Part shown: positions 31,988 through 43,809 of the stretch, piece by piece
How the letters are laid out: every line of letters starts with the position of its first letter
How positions within the stretch are numbered: position 1 is the stretch's first letter
DNA from: the human T2T-CHM13v2.0 reference genome, Homo sapiens
Assembly: GCF_009914755.1 (NCBI RefSeq)
Contig: NC_060928.1
Length of the DNA: 64,000 bases
Strand: one strand, 5' to 3'
The notes under the pieces: model-generated
Database searches by the model: none
What the model was told of the DNA's origin: nothing
What the model saw: only the letters and a program-made list of their open reading frames with translations
Position numbers and translations under genes: made by a program

Positions 31988-34290
31988 TGTATTAGTCTGT
32001 TCTCACACTGCTAATAAAAACATACCTGAGACTGGGTAATTTACAAAGGAAAGAGGTTTAATTGAGTCACAGTTCCACATGGCTGGGGAGGCCTCACAAT
32101 CATGGTGGAAGGTGAAGAAGGAGAAAACGAACGTCGTATATGGCAGCAGGCAAGAGAGGGCATGTGCACATGTCCAGGGAAACTCCCCTTTGTAAAACAA
32201 TCAGACCTCATGAGACTTATTCACTATCACAAGAAAAGCATGGGAAAAACCGGCCCCCATGATTTAATTACCTCCCATCAGGTCCTTCCCACAACATATT
32301 GGGATTATTACAATCTAAGGTGAGATTTGGGTGGGGACACAGAGCCAAACTGTATCATTCCACCCTTGTCCCGTCCCAAATCTCATGTCCTCACATTTCA
32401 AAACCAATCATGCCTTCCTAACAGTCCCCCAAAGTCATAACTCATTTCTGCATTAACTCAAAAGTTCAAAGTCTCATCTGAGACAAGGCAAGTCCCTTCT
32501 GCCTATGAGCTTGTAAAATCAAAAGTAAGTTAGTCGCTTCCTAGATACAATGTGGGTACAGGCATTGGGTAAATACACCTGTTCCAATGGGAGAAATTGG
32601 CCAAAATAAAGGGGCTACAGGCCCCATGCAAGGCCAAAATCCAGCAGGGCAGACAAATCTTAAAGCTCCAAAATGATCTACTTTGACTACATGTCTCATA
32701 TCCAGGTCATGATTATTCAAGAGGTAAGTTCCCATTGCCTCAGGCAGCTCTGCCCCTGTGGCTTTGCAGATACAGCTCCCCTCCTAGCTGCTTTCATGGG
32801 CTGGCACTGTTTACAGCTTTGCCAGGTGCATGGTGCAAGCTGTTGGTGGATCTACCATTCTGGGTCTGGAGGATGGTGGCCCTCTTCTCACAGCTCCACT
32901 AGGCAGTGCCCCAGTGGGGACTCTGTGTGGGGGCTGCCACTCCACATTTCCCTTCCACACTGACCTAGCAGAGGTTCTCCATGAGGGTTCCTCCCCTGCA
33001 GCACTTGTCTGCCTAGACATCCAGGCATTTCCTTGCATTGTCTGAAATCTAGACAGAGGTTCCCAAACCTCAATTCTTGATTTCTGTGCACCAACAGGCT
33101 CAACACCACATGGAAGCTGCCAAGTCTTAGGGTTTGCACCCTCAGAAGCCATGGTCTGAACTGTAACTTGGCCACTTTTAGCCATCACTGGAAGCCTAGG
33201 ACTCAGGGCACCCAGTCCCTAGGCTGCACAGAGCAGGGAGGCCCCAGGTCCAGTCCATAAAACCGTTTTTTCCTCCTAGGCCTCTGGGCTTTTGATGGGA
33301 CAGCCTGCCAGGAAGGTCTCTGACATGCCCTGGGGCCATTTTCCTCATTGTCTCAGCAATTAACGTTTGGTTCCTCGTTACTTATGCAATTTTCTACTGC
33401 AGGCTTGAATTTCTCCTCAGAAAATGGGCTTTTCTTTTCTACTACATTGTCAGGCTGCAAATTTTCTGAACTTTTATGCTCTGTTGCCCTTTTAAACATA
33501 AGTTCCCATTCCAAACCACATATTTGTGAATATATAAAGTTGAATGCTTTTAACAGCACCCAAATCACCTCTCAAACACTTTGCTGCTTAGAAATTTCTC
33601 CCACCAGATACCCCAAATCATCTCTCTTAAGTTCAAAGTTCCACAGAACTCTAGGGCAGGGGCAAAATGCCACCAGTCAGTTGCCAAAATAAAGCAAGAG
33701 TCACCTTTGCTCCAATTCCCAACAAGTTTCTCATCTCCATCTGAGATGAGCAGAATTTGGTCAAAGCCATTCAACAAGTCTGTAGGAAGTTTTGAACTTT
33801 CCTACATCTTCGTGTCTTCTTCTGAGCCCTGAAAACTGTTCCAAACTCTGCTGTTCCCCAGTTTCAAGTCACTTCCAATTTTCAGGTATCTTTACAGCAG
33901 CACCACACTCTACTGGTACCAATTTACTGTAATAATCTGTTCTAATGCTGCTAATAAAGACATACCTGACACTAGGTAATTTATAAAAAAAGAAATGTAC
34001 TTGACTCACAGTTCCACATGGCTAGGGAGGCCTCACAATCATGGTGGAAGGTGAATGAGAAGCTAAGTCATGTCTTGCATGGCACTAGGCAAGAGAGAGC
34101 ATATGCAGAGGAGCCCCGCTTTATAAAAAACTGTCAGATCTCATGAGAATTATCTACTATCATGAGAATAGCACAGGAAAAACCTGCCTTTATGATTCTA
34201 TAACCTCCCAACGAGCTCCTCCCTCAACACATGGGGATTATTACAATTTAAAGTGAGATTTTGATGGGGACACAGAGCCAAACTACATCA
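31988..34290 (-). mobile_element. Complete THE1 (MaLR) element: LTR 31988-32357, internal 32358-33927, LTR 33928-34290
   Basis: Two ~365-bp THE1 LTRs in direct orientation around ~1.57 kb of THE1 internal sequence; 5-bp TSD gtggt/gtagt. Confidence 0.95.
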
Positions 34291-34576
34291 GTAGTGCTGG
34301 CTACTTTAAGCTGAACTAGAGTTTCACATATCCATACATATGAACTTTCACAGGTATGAATCTGTGTATACATATATATTATAGCACTTATTGTTGGTAA
34401 GATGTTGATTTTTCTTTAAATATTGTGAATCCCTGGTACCTAACTCAGAACATGGTACATAGCAGACACCCAAAGGCACTGAAAGATTCAGCACATGTTC
34501 CTCAATTCAGACTTGAGAACAGGTGGGCTGTTAGGGCCAGAGATGTGTATTTTGAAATCAGATTGCTCCTTTCTCA

Positions 34577-35123
34577 TGATGGTTGACCAAGAGTGCCTTA
34601 ACTCTGATTGACCAAACTTTAGACAGGCTTCTTCTTTTCTCTAAAATCTCAACATCCCTTCCCTTAGATCATTTACTTTAGAAAACTTTTATTGAAAATT
34701 ATTTATCTGCCTTTTTGAGATGTTAATCTTTTGTGAAAGACTTGTCAGTTTTACATCCCAGTACAGTCTATTCCAAGGGCTTGGAAGTCATTCTTTTGAA
34801 AGGTAAGCATAAAGGAAGATAGTATCCCTATCTCTCAGTATTTATTGGAGGGTAGAAGTCTAATTTAGGTGGCATTCTTTAAAAAAGTTATAAAACTACC
34901 ACCTGTCATGAAAATAAGAGGAAGTTTACTTTTCTTTGGATAAGGGTAATTAGCAACACAGATGGCCTCTGATCCTCCCAACTCCAGCTCTTAAAATCTC
35001 TGTAGCTATTTGTTTTGAAGGAACTTAGTTCAGACTCTGTTGTTTCTTCTTCCTTATTGCAATAGCCTTGAATGAAGGTTTCCTTACCTTTTAATTTTAC
35101 CTACTGTAATTTGCACTTTGACA
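34577..35123 (+). mobile_element. ERV1 solo LTR (MER34/MER39-like)
   Basis: TG...CA ends; 'ttgaccaaactttagacaggct', 'ttattgcaatagccttgaat', ends 'ctttgaca'. Confidence 0.5.
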
Positions 35124-35186
35124 GCCTTTACATGTATTCTAGCTTATTTCTTTTCTGCTATCCTCCACATTTTCTCCATGGTTAGA

Positions 35187-36060
35187 TGTAGGGAGACCCC
35201 CTGAAACTATGGCTACAGAATAAAAGATGAAATGCTCCTGATTATTGTAAGTACAAAACTGCATGCAGGATAGTGTAAAGACAATGCCAGGTTGGACTGC
35301 CAGAATGAGCCAACAGTCCGTGATGTGATTTCCCCTGCAGAGAACCTATGAAGGGATGTGCAGTGGGAGGTTTCACATCACCAAGATTCCTATCCCAGAA
35401 AAGCAGATGTTCATAGCTCTGGGAATGGAATGCGACCCTTGTGAAGAGCCTATAAATGGACGCATGGGGGACACCTGTCCATACGGATAAGATAGGGCTA
35501 TAAACACCCTCATCTTGCCACAGGGCTCTTCTAGGCCTCTTTAGGGTTAAGGCATACTCCCTTCTGAGAATTTCTGGTCTAACCGGTTGTCTAGCTTCAC
35601 ATCCTGTTTCTATGGATTGTTTGTAACCAGCTTTTGCTGCAACTGTTACTGCTGATTAATATCTTGCTAATCATAGGTTATGGAAAGATTGTGTTTCTGT
35701 TTTAAGGCTCTGTTAGAAATTACTGACACACACACTACATTGTAAATTCTTATCTCTGTATACTATACTTCCACATACAAATATTATGTTAAAGAATTAC
35801 TTCATCCCCATGTGACCATGTCACCTCATAATCAAATGACCCTAAATCCCTCACTAACCTACCCCCGCCCTCACTAAACTTAATAATAAATGCTGGTATA
35901 TCCAGTGCATTGGCAGCATTGCGGGACCAGAAGGCGGTGACCCCCCTGGACCCAGCTTTCACTATCTTGTGTGTGTCTATTATTTCTTAACCTGCTGATC
36001 TGTCTGGGAACAAAGAGAGAGCCCCGTTGCATTGCGGGCTGCTGGCCAGATCCCACAATA
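35187..36060 (+). mobile_element. ERVK (class II) LTR, ~874 bp; best recalled match MER11D/HML-7
   Basis: Starts TGTAGGGAGACCCCCTGAAAC; AATAAA near 35885; immediately followed by a Lys-type PBS; 6-bp TSD. Confidence 0.82.
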
Positions 36061-36062
36061 TC

Positions 36063-36074
36063 TGGTGCCCAACG
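36063..36074 (+). other. Truncated retroviral primer-binding site (tRNA-Lys type)
   Basis: TGGTGCCCAACG, 2 nt after the LTR end, versus the Lys1,2 PBS TGGCGCCCAACG. Confidence 0.8.
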
Positions 36075-36460
36075 AAATTCTCAGAAGGGAGTATGCCTTA
36101 ACCCTAAAGAGGCCCAGAAGAGCCGTGGCAAGATGAGGGTGTTTATAGCCCTATCTTATCCATATGGACAGGCGCCCCCATGCGTCTGTTTATAGGGTCT
36201 CCACAAGGGTCGCATTCCATTCCCAGAGCTATGAACATCTGCTTTTCTGGGATAGGAATCTTGGTGATGTGAAACCTCCCTGACTGCACGTCCCTTCATA
36301 GACTCTCTGCAGGGGGAAGCACATCATGCACTGTTGGCTCATTCTGGCAGTCCAACCTGGCATTGTCTTTATAAAATCCTGCATGCAATTTTGTATTTAC
36401 AATAATCAGGAGCATTTTATCTTTTATTCCATAGCAATAGTTTCAGGGGGTCTCCCTACA
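36074..36460 (-). mobile_element. Inverted copy of the first ~388 bp (U3) of the same ERVK LTR
   Basis: Reverse complement of 35187-35574 (~93% by eye); ends ...tctccctaca followed by gttaga. Confidence 0.95.
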
Positions 36461-36625
36461 GTTAGACGCATCCTAGTACTCATCTTCAGCTTGGATTTTA
36501 CTTCCTTAAGGATATTCTCTGACTATCTCACTAAAGAAGACTATCCCAATTAGTACCTATCTCATTACCTGGGTTTCTTTCTCTAGTTATATAAAGACAT
36601 ACTGCTAGTTTGTTATGCAGTTAAG

Positions 36626-36626
<1 letters not shown>

Positions 36627-36672
<46 letters not shown>
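36627..36672. repeat. (TG)23 microsatellite
   Basis: Seen directly. Confidence 0.97.
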
Positions 36673-36677
<5 letters not shown>

Positions 36678-38807
36678 GAGAGAGCATGTGTGTTGTGTGT
36701 ACATCACTGACACTATTTAAAAACACATAGCACAAACAGCACATCTTTGAGTGTTTATGCTTGGTTACTCGGTTCACTTAGACTATCTCTGTTATGTGAT
36801 GACTTTCGTAAAATTTATCATAAGATAAAATTTATAAAAGAAAAACTCATGATCATTGCTGCTTCTCAGAAAGAAAATATGTCTTTTCTAGATATATACT
36901 TGGTATACACATACTATTTCTCTGTACTGAATACCTCACTATAGAGCATGGCTTGATATTGATGGAAGATTGAAAAAATTTCTGAGGAGGATAAAATATA
37001 AAAGCCTCTCATTAAATTCTCCCACATTTATTTTCAGTATTTGCTTATATCATATGCACATTGACTCTACAGATACTGTTCTATAACAGCACCTAAAACA
37101 ACAAGGGTCTTAGAGATGACCAGACTGAGCTACATAAACATTGATCTATATATATGGTAGCTAGAATCAGAACAAAGATTTTTCTGAGTTTCAGACAGGA
37201 CTATCATGCAAATGTGGCTTCATTACCAGGAAAATATTATGAATTATAATACTCCCTACCATTGAACCTCTTGCCTTCTCTTTAGCTTTTCTATTCTGTC
37301 AGTGGCTCAAGTAAAAAACAAAACATGTCTCTTTTCAATTTCCCTTTCAGTCAATTCTGTGAAACTGAGAAGAGAGGCGAAAAAAGCAACAACAACAAAA
37401 AAAATGTAGCATGTTTTGATAGGCCTCCTTAGAATGAACATGGCACCTGTCTAATTATAAGATACTGAAAAATAAGAATCTTTAAACAGACATCTGCCCC
37501 ATCTGCCCTTGTCAACCATCTTCAGTCTTTTCTGTTGTGCTGAGAAGAAAGTAAAACTTCATGAATGCGACCTTAATGGATTTGGAATTTGTAAGATTAA
37601 GGCATAAGCACAGCTATTTTAAATTGTTGCATGATTTAAATTATATAGGATCTTATATGAATATGAATAAATAGAATGTAGTTAATGATTTACATTTTCA
37701 AATAAAAGACTTTTTGTATATCATTATTATTACTTTTGGTCAATAATATTGTTATTTTAGGGTAAAAGAGAGACATATTTAAACAATTACCTATTAAACC
37801 AATAACTTTTAATAAAATATATGTCTAATACTAAATATATATTTTATCCTATTTTTAGTCTTTTTATATATTTAATTACATTTTCAAGTAATATAGCTTA
37901 GTGGAATATTTTCCACTAATAAATATAAATTATATATTCGAATCTTTAAGGTTTTTCTATGTGTAATTTTCTTTAGCAATTTTTTGGTCATATTTTGTGC
38001 TTGCAATAATTCTTAAAATTTGTAGCATAAAGCAAATACATGAATAAACAAATGGTTTAAAAATGAAAATGAGTAAAAAATTGCACTCAAATTCATTTCT
38101 CTAATCCTTAAATATTAAGAACAAAATATTATTATCACCAATGTTAGTTGAGTTTCTCTAATATCAAGTCCATTTAACACCAAATAAATTTACATTTATT
38201 ACAAAGAGTTTCTGTTTTCAACTTTTAAAAAAATACAGGCAGTTCTTTGCAGCTTGAGAACATAATTGGAGGGCACAACTTAGAAAAGATAAAACAAAAT
38301 CAGTACTCTCAAGAAATTTACTGTGAAATTACAAGTATTAATCAAAAGCTGAGACTATCCTATCATTTGTTTGAATGATCCAACTAGGATCCACAATAAT
38401 TATTAGGTCTGCTAGACCAACAGAATATTATGTTGTTCTACTTTGACAATAGGAATTTTATTACTTCGTGCATATACAACTACAGTATGAATGTGCTTCT
38501 TCATTATAGAACAGTATTTCTTTTTAATCTTATTGAAAACATATCTTAAAGTCCATCTAATCTGATCTTGTTTCTTCCATTCGCATTTGTTCACACCAGA
38601 AACTTAAGTCTCACTAGTCTTCTACTTCTTCATTTACTTCTCTACTTTTAATTTTTTTCAAATTTTTTTTCTCTTCATTGCCATCTCTTTAGTCTAAAAT
38701 AGTGTAATCTCTTACAAAGACTTCTGCCAAATCCTCCTATCTTGCCTCTCTATACCTATTTTTTCCATTCTACTTTCTTAACCAAATTAGAGTGTGTATG
38801 TATATAT

Positions 38808-39228
38808 TTGAAGGATAAATGAATAAACAAATGTGGTATATATATCTGCAATGAACTATTACTGAAATAAACAGGAATAAAATTCTGTTACCTGCTATAA
38901 TATGGATGCATCTCAAAGACATTATGCTAAGTAGAATAAACCAGAAGCAAAAGGACAAATATTGTATGATTTCACTTACATAAGAAACCTAGAATAGTTA
39001 AATTCATAGAAAAAGAAAGTAGAATAATAGTTACCAGGAACTGGGGAGGAGAAGAGAATGAGGAATTATTGTGTAATGGATACAGAGTTTGAGTTTGGGA
39101 TGATGAAATACTTATAGAAATGAATGGTGGTGGTAGTTGCACAAATGTGAAAGTATTTAATGCCACTGAATGGTACACTGAAAGTGGTTAAAATACTAAA
39201 TTGTTTGCTATGTGTATTTAACAAAAAA
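38808..39228 (+). mobile_element. L1MB-type 3' end
   Basis: 'gaataaacaaatgtggtatata', 'gacattatgctaagt', 'aaggacaaatattgtatgatttcactta', 'ttaatgccactgaatggtacact'. Confidence 0.85.
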
Positions 39229-39574
39229 GTGATGTAAATGTAATTTTAATAGAAAGACATTCTTGTCATCTCAATAAATTCCTATGCCTATTTATATGAT
39301 TGCTAATAGCAACCTTGGAAATTTCTGCACTCTCCTCCACACATGCATGAATCCAACACAAAGAGCCCTGACTTTCATCATAATTGTCCAACATCAAATT
39401 TTCCATGACACACTTACATGATGCAAGGTATTCCAAAATATGTGCATTAAATGTTGGTTAATATTTTCAAAGTCATGCTTATGTATCTGAGATATTATAT
39501 AATACTATTTAACTCAGGATACAAATAATATCAGTCATAGTACACATTTAAGACTGAATTTCTCTCAGTAATTC

Positions 39575-40393
39575 TTTTTTATTTCTAAATTAATTGGCAA
39601 GTTATAATTGTATTATATTTATGGAATACAATATGATGTTTTGATCTATGTATATGATGTCGAGTGATTAAATCAAGCTAATTAACCTATTCATTACCTC
39701 ACTTGATATTTTGGTGGTGATACATTTGAAGGTTACTCTCTTAGTTATTTTGAAATATACATTATGAACTATTATTAAGTATTGCTGTGCAATAGATCTC
39801 AAAACTACACAATCAAATACTATTCTGCCTTTAAAAATAACAAAATTCTATCATTTGGGACAACATGATGAATCTAAAAGACATTATGCCAAGTGAAATA
39901 AGCCAGGTACAGAAAAACAGATACTGCATGATCTCACTTACATGTAAATCTAAAAAAAAATTGAATTCATAGAAATAGAAAGTAGAACCATCATTCTGAG
40001 CAAACTATCTTAAGGACAGAAAACCAAACACCGCATGTTCTCACTCATAGGTGGGAACTGAAACAATGAGAACACATGGACACAGGGTGGGGAACATCAC
40101 ACACTGGGGCCTGTCATGGAGTGGGGGGAGGGGGGAGGGATAGCGTTAGGAGATATACCTAATGTAAATGATGAGTTAACGGGTGCAGCACACCAACATG
40201 GCACATTTATACATATGTAACAAACCTGCACGTTGTGCATATGTACCCTAGAGCTTAAAGTAAAATAATAATAATAATAAAGAAGAAAGTAGAATGACAG
40301 TTACCACCAGATGGGAGTAGGGGAGCAAGGGAATGAGGAGTTATTGGTCAAAGAGTAAAAAGTGTTGCCTGGACAGTAGAAATAAGTTACGAG
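39575..40393 (-). mobile_element. 5'-inverted (twin-primed) L1MA: 3' tail on minus (39575-39800), upstream segment on plus (~39805-40393)
   Basis: Plus piece ends '..gaaataagtt'; minus piece starts 'gagatctattgcacagc', the next bases in the L1MA consensus; candidate TSD ca(g/a)taattctt. Confidence 0.72.
39988..40283 (+). mobile_element. 5'-truncated L1PA (L1PA4-6-like) 3' end nested in the L1MA
   Basis: L1PA 3'UTR with G-tract and (AAT)n tail; perfect TSD agaaagtagaa at 39977-39987 and 40284-40294. Confidence 0.93.
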
Positions 40394-40662
40394 TTATATT
40401 TCCAATAATTCTTGAATATCTTAGGAGACTTTAAAATCTTCAGTGGAAAATAAGATATGAGAAAAGAATATAAATTTAAGTATGAATGGATGTTGACATT
40501 GTCCTACTAACTGTGGGACATGTTGAATCAAGCAAATTGTATGTACCAGAGGACTAGAACAGGAAAACAAAAACTGCATTTAAGAAGAAAAGCTTGAGGA
40601 CATTAGCATGGTATATAGAAGAGAAGTGACTTCTTGCTTGCCCGGTGTTTCCTTCATTTGTC

Positions 40663-41151
40663 CTGTAAATCTGTTTGTTTTTACTGTGTAACAAACTGCC
40701 TCAACAGTTAGTGGCTTGAAACAACAATCATTTATTTAGCTTCCAATTCTGTGAGTCAACAATTTGGGTTTGACTTCGGTGGTAATTCTTCTTAGTGAGT
40801 CTCAGCTGGATCCATTCATGCATCTATAGTTAGTCATTGGTGTAGCTCAGGGATGTCTGGTGTTTATAACCTCAGATGTGATAGCTTTCCTTTATTTCAT
40901 GTGGTCAGTTATCCTCCAACAGGTTAGCCTGTATTTGCCCACAAGGTGGTGGCAAAATTTAAGCATACTGAGATTCTTGAGACCCAGGTTATGGCTGGCA
41001 CAAGACCATTTCTACCACGTCCTACTGGGGGAAAGAATATTTTAAAGAATCGCATAAATAGAGAGATAGCCTCTACATTTTAATGGAAAGAGCTTCAAAG
41101 TCTCATTTCAAGAAAGATGGTAAAGCATGTGAACATTTTTGCAATTTGTCA
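40663..41151 (-). mobile_element. MLT1-family MaLR LTR
   Basis: 'ctgtgtaacaaactgcctcaacagttagtggcttgaaacaacaatcatttattta..ttctgtgagtca' is the antisense MLT1 end. Confidence 0.75.
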
Positions 41152-41513
41152 TACTCTGTAAGACAAGTATTAAAGTTTGATTTATGTGAAGCTAAACAAG
41201 ACATGGTCTTTGCATTCCAGAAGCCCTATAATATTAGAAAATGGTGCATGTTGTAGAAACTGGGGTGACAAAGATGAAATAAGAATGTATATAAAACTAA
41301 ATATTGTCACAGCATTAGAGACTATCTTCTGAAGTAGACATAATTTTATCTAGGGCCTTGACTTATGAGAATTGCTGTAGAAATACTGTGCTGATCTGTA
41401 ATAATTTCTACTATTTTGTCAATTCTAAAACTTAGAGAGTGGCTTCAGTGCTGAAAAGAATGGTCTATAATCATAGTTTTGTGACAATAACAGTAATAAA
41501 AAAGATAAGTATG

Positions 41514-41889
41514 TGTATTAGTCCATTCTCACACTGCTAATAAAGACATACCCAAGACTGGGTAATTTATAAAGGAAAGAGGTTTAATTGACTCACAGTT
41601 CAGTATGGCTAGGGAGGCCTCTGGAAACTTATAATCATGGTGCAAGGGTAAGCAAACGTGTCCTTCTTCACATGGCGGCAGGAAGAAGAATGAGTGCCCA
41701 GTGAAGAGGGGAGTCCCTTATAAAACCATCAGATCTTGTGAGAACTAACTCACTCTGATGAGAACAGGATGGGGGAAACCACGCCTAATGATTCAATGAT
41801 TTCCACCTGGTCCCTCATACAGCACTTGGGGATTATGGGAACTAAAATTCAAGATGGGATTTTGGTGGGGACACAGCCAAATCATATCA
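41514..41889 (-). mobile_element. THE1 (THE1C/D-like) solo LTR
   Basis: tgtattagtccattctcacactgct...ggggacacagccaaatcatatca; TSD gtatg/gcatg. Confidence 0.92.
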
Positions 41890-42775
41890 GCATGTTTCTA
41901 AAAAATGATTAAAGCTGTTTCAAAATTACACCTGCACAGTTATTCACTTCTATACATATTGTGAACATAAAAAATTTCAAGGAGAGAAAGCAGTTCATTG
42001 AATTAAAGAAAAAATGGGAAAGGTTAAATGAGCTCCTTTTTTTCCATTGAATATGTTGTGTGGGGAAAAGATTATGCTGAATAGCTACCACTAGAATTTA
42101 ACAGAATGAATAAGCAATAGAAATGGCTTGTGAAATATTTTGAATAGTCCTCATAGTTTAAAATTATAGCTTCAAAATTAAGAATGAAGTAATGACATAA
42201 ACTGTGTTATTCTTGTAGCAGATGTTGAGATTTTCCCTGGGTGAAAATTTGAAAAAAAATTGTCTTTGGAATACCAAGTTCCTTACCACATAACCTTGCT
42301 TAACTTCAAGAATGCAGTGGCTGTTACCGAGAAATTCTTATTTCAATCAAAACCTGCAGTTTAAAACTGTCTATTATTAGTTGGTAATTTGTTACTCCAT
42401 AGCTTTGTTATGTGTTTGCTTCCTTGTTTAGTTTCTGAAGATATATAATAAAACATATCTTGCCTGCAAAATAAACTTGAGATATAAGATAAATTATTAG
42501 GGAGTTGTAGTCTTTTCACTGAGGGATAACATGGCACAGCTGAGGGATCCATGCCATATTTCAGTTCATGTTGTAGAGTTAAATAATCTTCAAAATAGGA
42601 AATATATTCCTGAGAGTTCGTAAAGTTTTTAAGGGCTAGGTGCATTCAGCCAGCTAGTTTTGAGGGAACTGATTTCCACAGTCTTAACTTCAATGCATTT
42701 TTTTTTTAATTGAGAAGCTGCCTCAGAATTTCTTGGGCTCAAAATATCCTCTATCTAATTATATCAAAACAGGAG

Positions 42776-43100
42776 TGTTAGTCAATGTTTTCTAACTTAT
42801 GTGGTAGCAAATGACAACTCCCAAATTTAGGTACCTTACAACAAAAGTGTATTTGGTACTCAAGTCGCACATTGGGTGCTGAATAGCTATGGTTCAGCTC
42901 CAGGCTACAGGTCAGCTTCAAATCTTCTAAGAAAAGTGTCTTCTTATTTTTGAGATGCAGGCTAAAGAGCAGTAACCTATTTGGGACCTAAGAGAGGGAG
43001 AAAGTAAGCAAGTGAGTGGAATTGTACGGAATGTTTCTCAAAGTCCCAGTGTGGTCCTGTCACCTACAGTAATATTTCCTTGGCCAAAAAGGAAATATTT
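42776..43100 (-). mobile_element. Old MLT1-like LTR fragment
   Basis: 'caactcccaaatttaggtaccttacaacaaaagtgtatt' and 'ttccttggccaaa'. Confidence 0.45.
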
Positions 43101-43809
43101 TTAAGCCTTAAAATAAGGAAAATAGGTAGGCTTCTATATGAATACCGTGATTCACACGCAAACAGGAAAAGATGTCTCATCCTCTCATTGGAGACAAAAA
43201 TAGAATATGACACAGATGTCAAACTCCTCACTCATCTCCAATTTTACCGTGTTTCATGCCCCAGGACATAAAAACCTCTCAGGAACAAAATAAGCGAGTA
43301 TTTTAGATTATGATATTTGCATGTGGAAGCATCCTTAATTAATTAATGAAGCCATTTGGATTCCACAGGACTGTCAGTTTTCTCTCTCTTATTCCTTTTA
43401 CTATTCTTATTCTTATTATTGGCTCATATTGAAATGTTATGTATTCAAAACAAAAAATACAGTTTAAGTATTGAGCCTGATTTTTTAAAAATAATAACGA
43501 ATATTTTTCAGATACAGACATTTTTATAAGATTTGTACATAAGCAATTTCAAATTCGTTGTGAAATATGCAATAAGGTCATTCAAACTTATTTTCAGAAA
43601 TCATATTGTGGTGTGGGTCACAATATGTAAATTGTATTGTGCCCAGTTATAACTAAATCCTCTTCTTATTTCATCTTATAAAATATTTAGTATGTCTAAG
43701 TCATAGTAACAGAAAACTAAATATACTTCAACTTATGTTAAAAATTTCAAATGTCAGCTCAATAATGTGTAAGGTGGTATATAATATAAAATTATTTCAA
43801 GGAGGTGTG

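Noticed and set aside
32541-33832. Several 64-125 aa ORFs
   Set aside because: THE1 internal sequence with decayed MaLR reading frames; no evidence of a host gene.
37898-37919. Hairpin ttagtggaa-tatt-ttccactaa
   Set aside because: 9-bp arms in AT-rich DNA are plausible by chance in 64 kb.
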